DNA of 64,000 nucleotides from an uncultured Rikenellaceae bacterium (GTDB lineage Bacteria; Bacteroidota; Bacteroidia; Bacteroidales; VadinHA17): NCBI GenBank assembly GCA_964577305.1, contig CAZNYS010000005.1, positions 36,193 to 100,192 of the forward strand, read 5' to 3'. Shown piece by piece: positions 63,706 to 64,000 of this stretch (position 1 is its first letter; each line of letters starts with the position of its first letter). The notes under the pieces were generated by a model. It saw only the letters and a program-made list of their open reading frames with translations, ran no database searches and was not told where the DNA came from. The position numbers and the translations under genes were made by a program.

Positions 63706-64000
63706 ATGAAGGAGATTTTAAACAGCCTGTTCAGGCACCAGACACTTACACGGGATGATTCCAGAGAACTCCTGGTGAGCCTGGCGGAAGGAAAATACAA
63801 TAATTCGCAGGTTACTGCTTTCCTGACGGTTTTCCAGTTAAGGAACATAACCATTGAAGAACTGTCAGGATTTCGTGATGCCCTGCTGGAACTTTGCATC
63901 AGGATCGACCTGGGTGGCATGGAAACAACAGACCTTTGCGGAACAGGAGGAGACGGTAAGGATACATTCAACATCTCAACCCTGGCCTCTTTTGTTGTTG
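63706..64000 (+). CDS. trpD: Anthranilate phosphoribosyltransferase, 5' part (runs off the window)
   Basis: ATG at 63706. MKEILNSLFRHQTLTRDDSRELL...DLCGTGGDGKDTFNIST. The ORF track shows only a minus-strand shadow ORF here. Confidence 0.85.
   Translation, partial: MKEILNSLFRHQTLTRDDSRELLVSLAEGKYNNSQVTAFLTVFQLRNITIEELSGFRDALLELCIRIDLGGMETTDLCGTGGDGKDTFNISTLASFVV

Overview
This 64 kb window looks like a Bacteroidota chromosome segment. That assignment is inferred from a SusC/SusD pair, a short (~288 aa) primary sigma factor, TAnnTTTG-type promoter motifs and lipoprotein signal peptides. All calls come from reading the ORF translations and the DNA by eye; no searches were run.

Layout of the window:
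- 1-11.8 kb: a partial S9 peptidase, two tandem plug-only TonB-receptor-like proteins, a Tat-signal S51 peptidase with thrB-thrC, a membrane protein plus wHTH regulator pair, a DPP-IV-like S9 peptidase, and a GH18.
- 12-23.6 kb: a polysaccharide utilisation locus (GH31, GH127, GH31, SusD-like, SusC-like).
- 23.9-31.6 kb: a 10-gene minus-strand operon. It runs XRE/cupin regulator, single-Cys Asp/Glu-racemase-like, RpiB-like, unknown beta-propeller, cupin, DhaK, DhaL, TRAP DctP/Q/M.
- 31.8-34.5 kb: RRM protein, Csp, nitronate-monooxygenase-like and rpoD in one string.
- 35-41.3 kb: hypothetical envelope genes, including a LolA-like/YidD-like/TPR operon.
- 41.7-51.6 kb: a second DPP-IV-like peptidase, and two ~910-920 aa paralogous unknown proteins flanking a GH39-like gene.
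- 51.6-58.9 kb: a rearranged accessory island. It holds a FISUMP lectin-fold protein, a TIR-TM-TPR protein, a paralogous TM-TPR protein, a 5' TIR gene fragment and a 3' TPR gene fragment.
- 58.9-64 kb: an amidohydrolase plus permease pair, then a Trp-leader-attenuated trpE-trpG-trpD.

The most unusual signal is a five-copy intergenic repeat family (41.4, 51.7, 52.8, 55.4 and 58.0 kb). It has a near-identical ~78-nt core and GC-rich hairpins. Two copies carry a ~150-bp segment bracketed by CTCAGGGACC inverted repeats, and that segment sits in opposite orientations in the two copies, which makes it a candidate invertible DNA switch or structured RNA. One of these copies lies directly upstream of the TIR gene.

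A second standout is a 178-bp nested palindrome with four internal hairpins at 11.2 kb.
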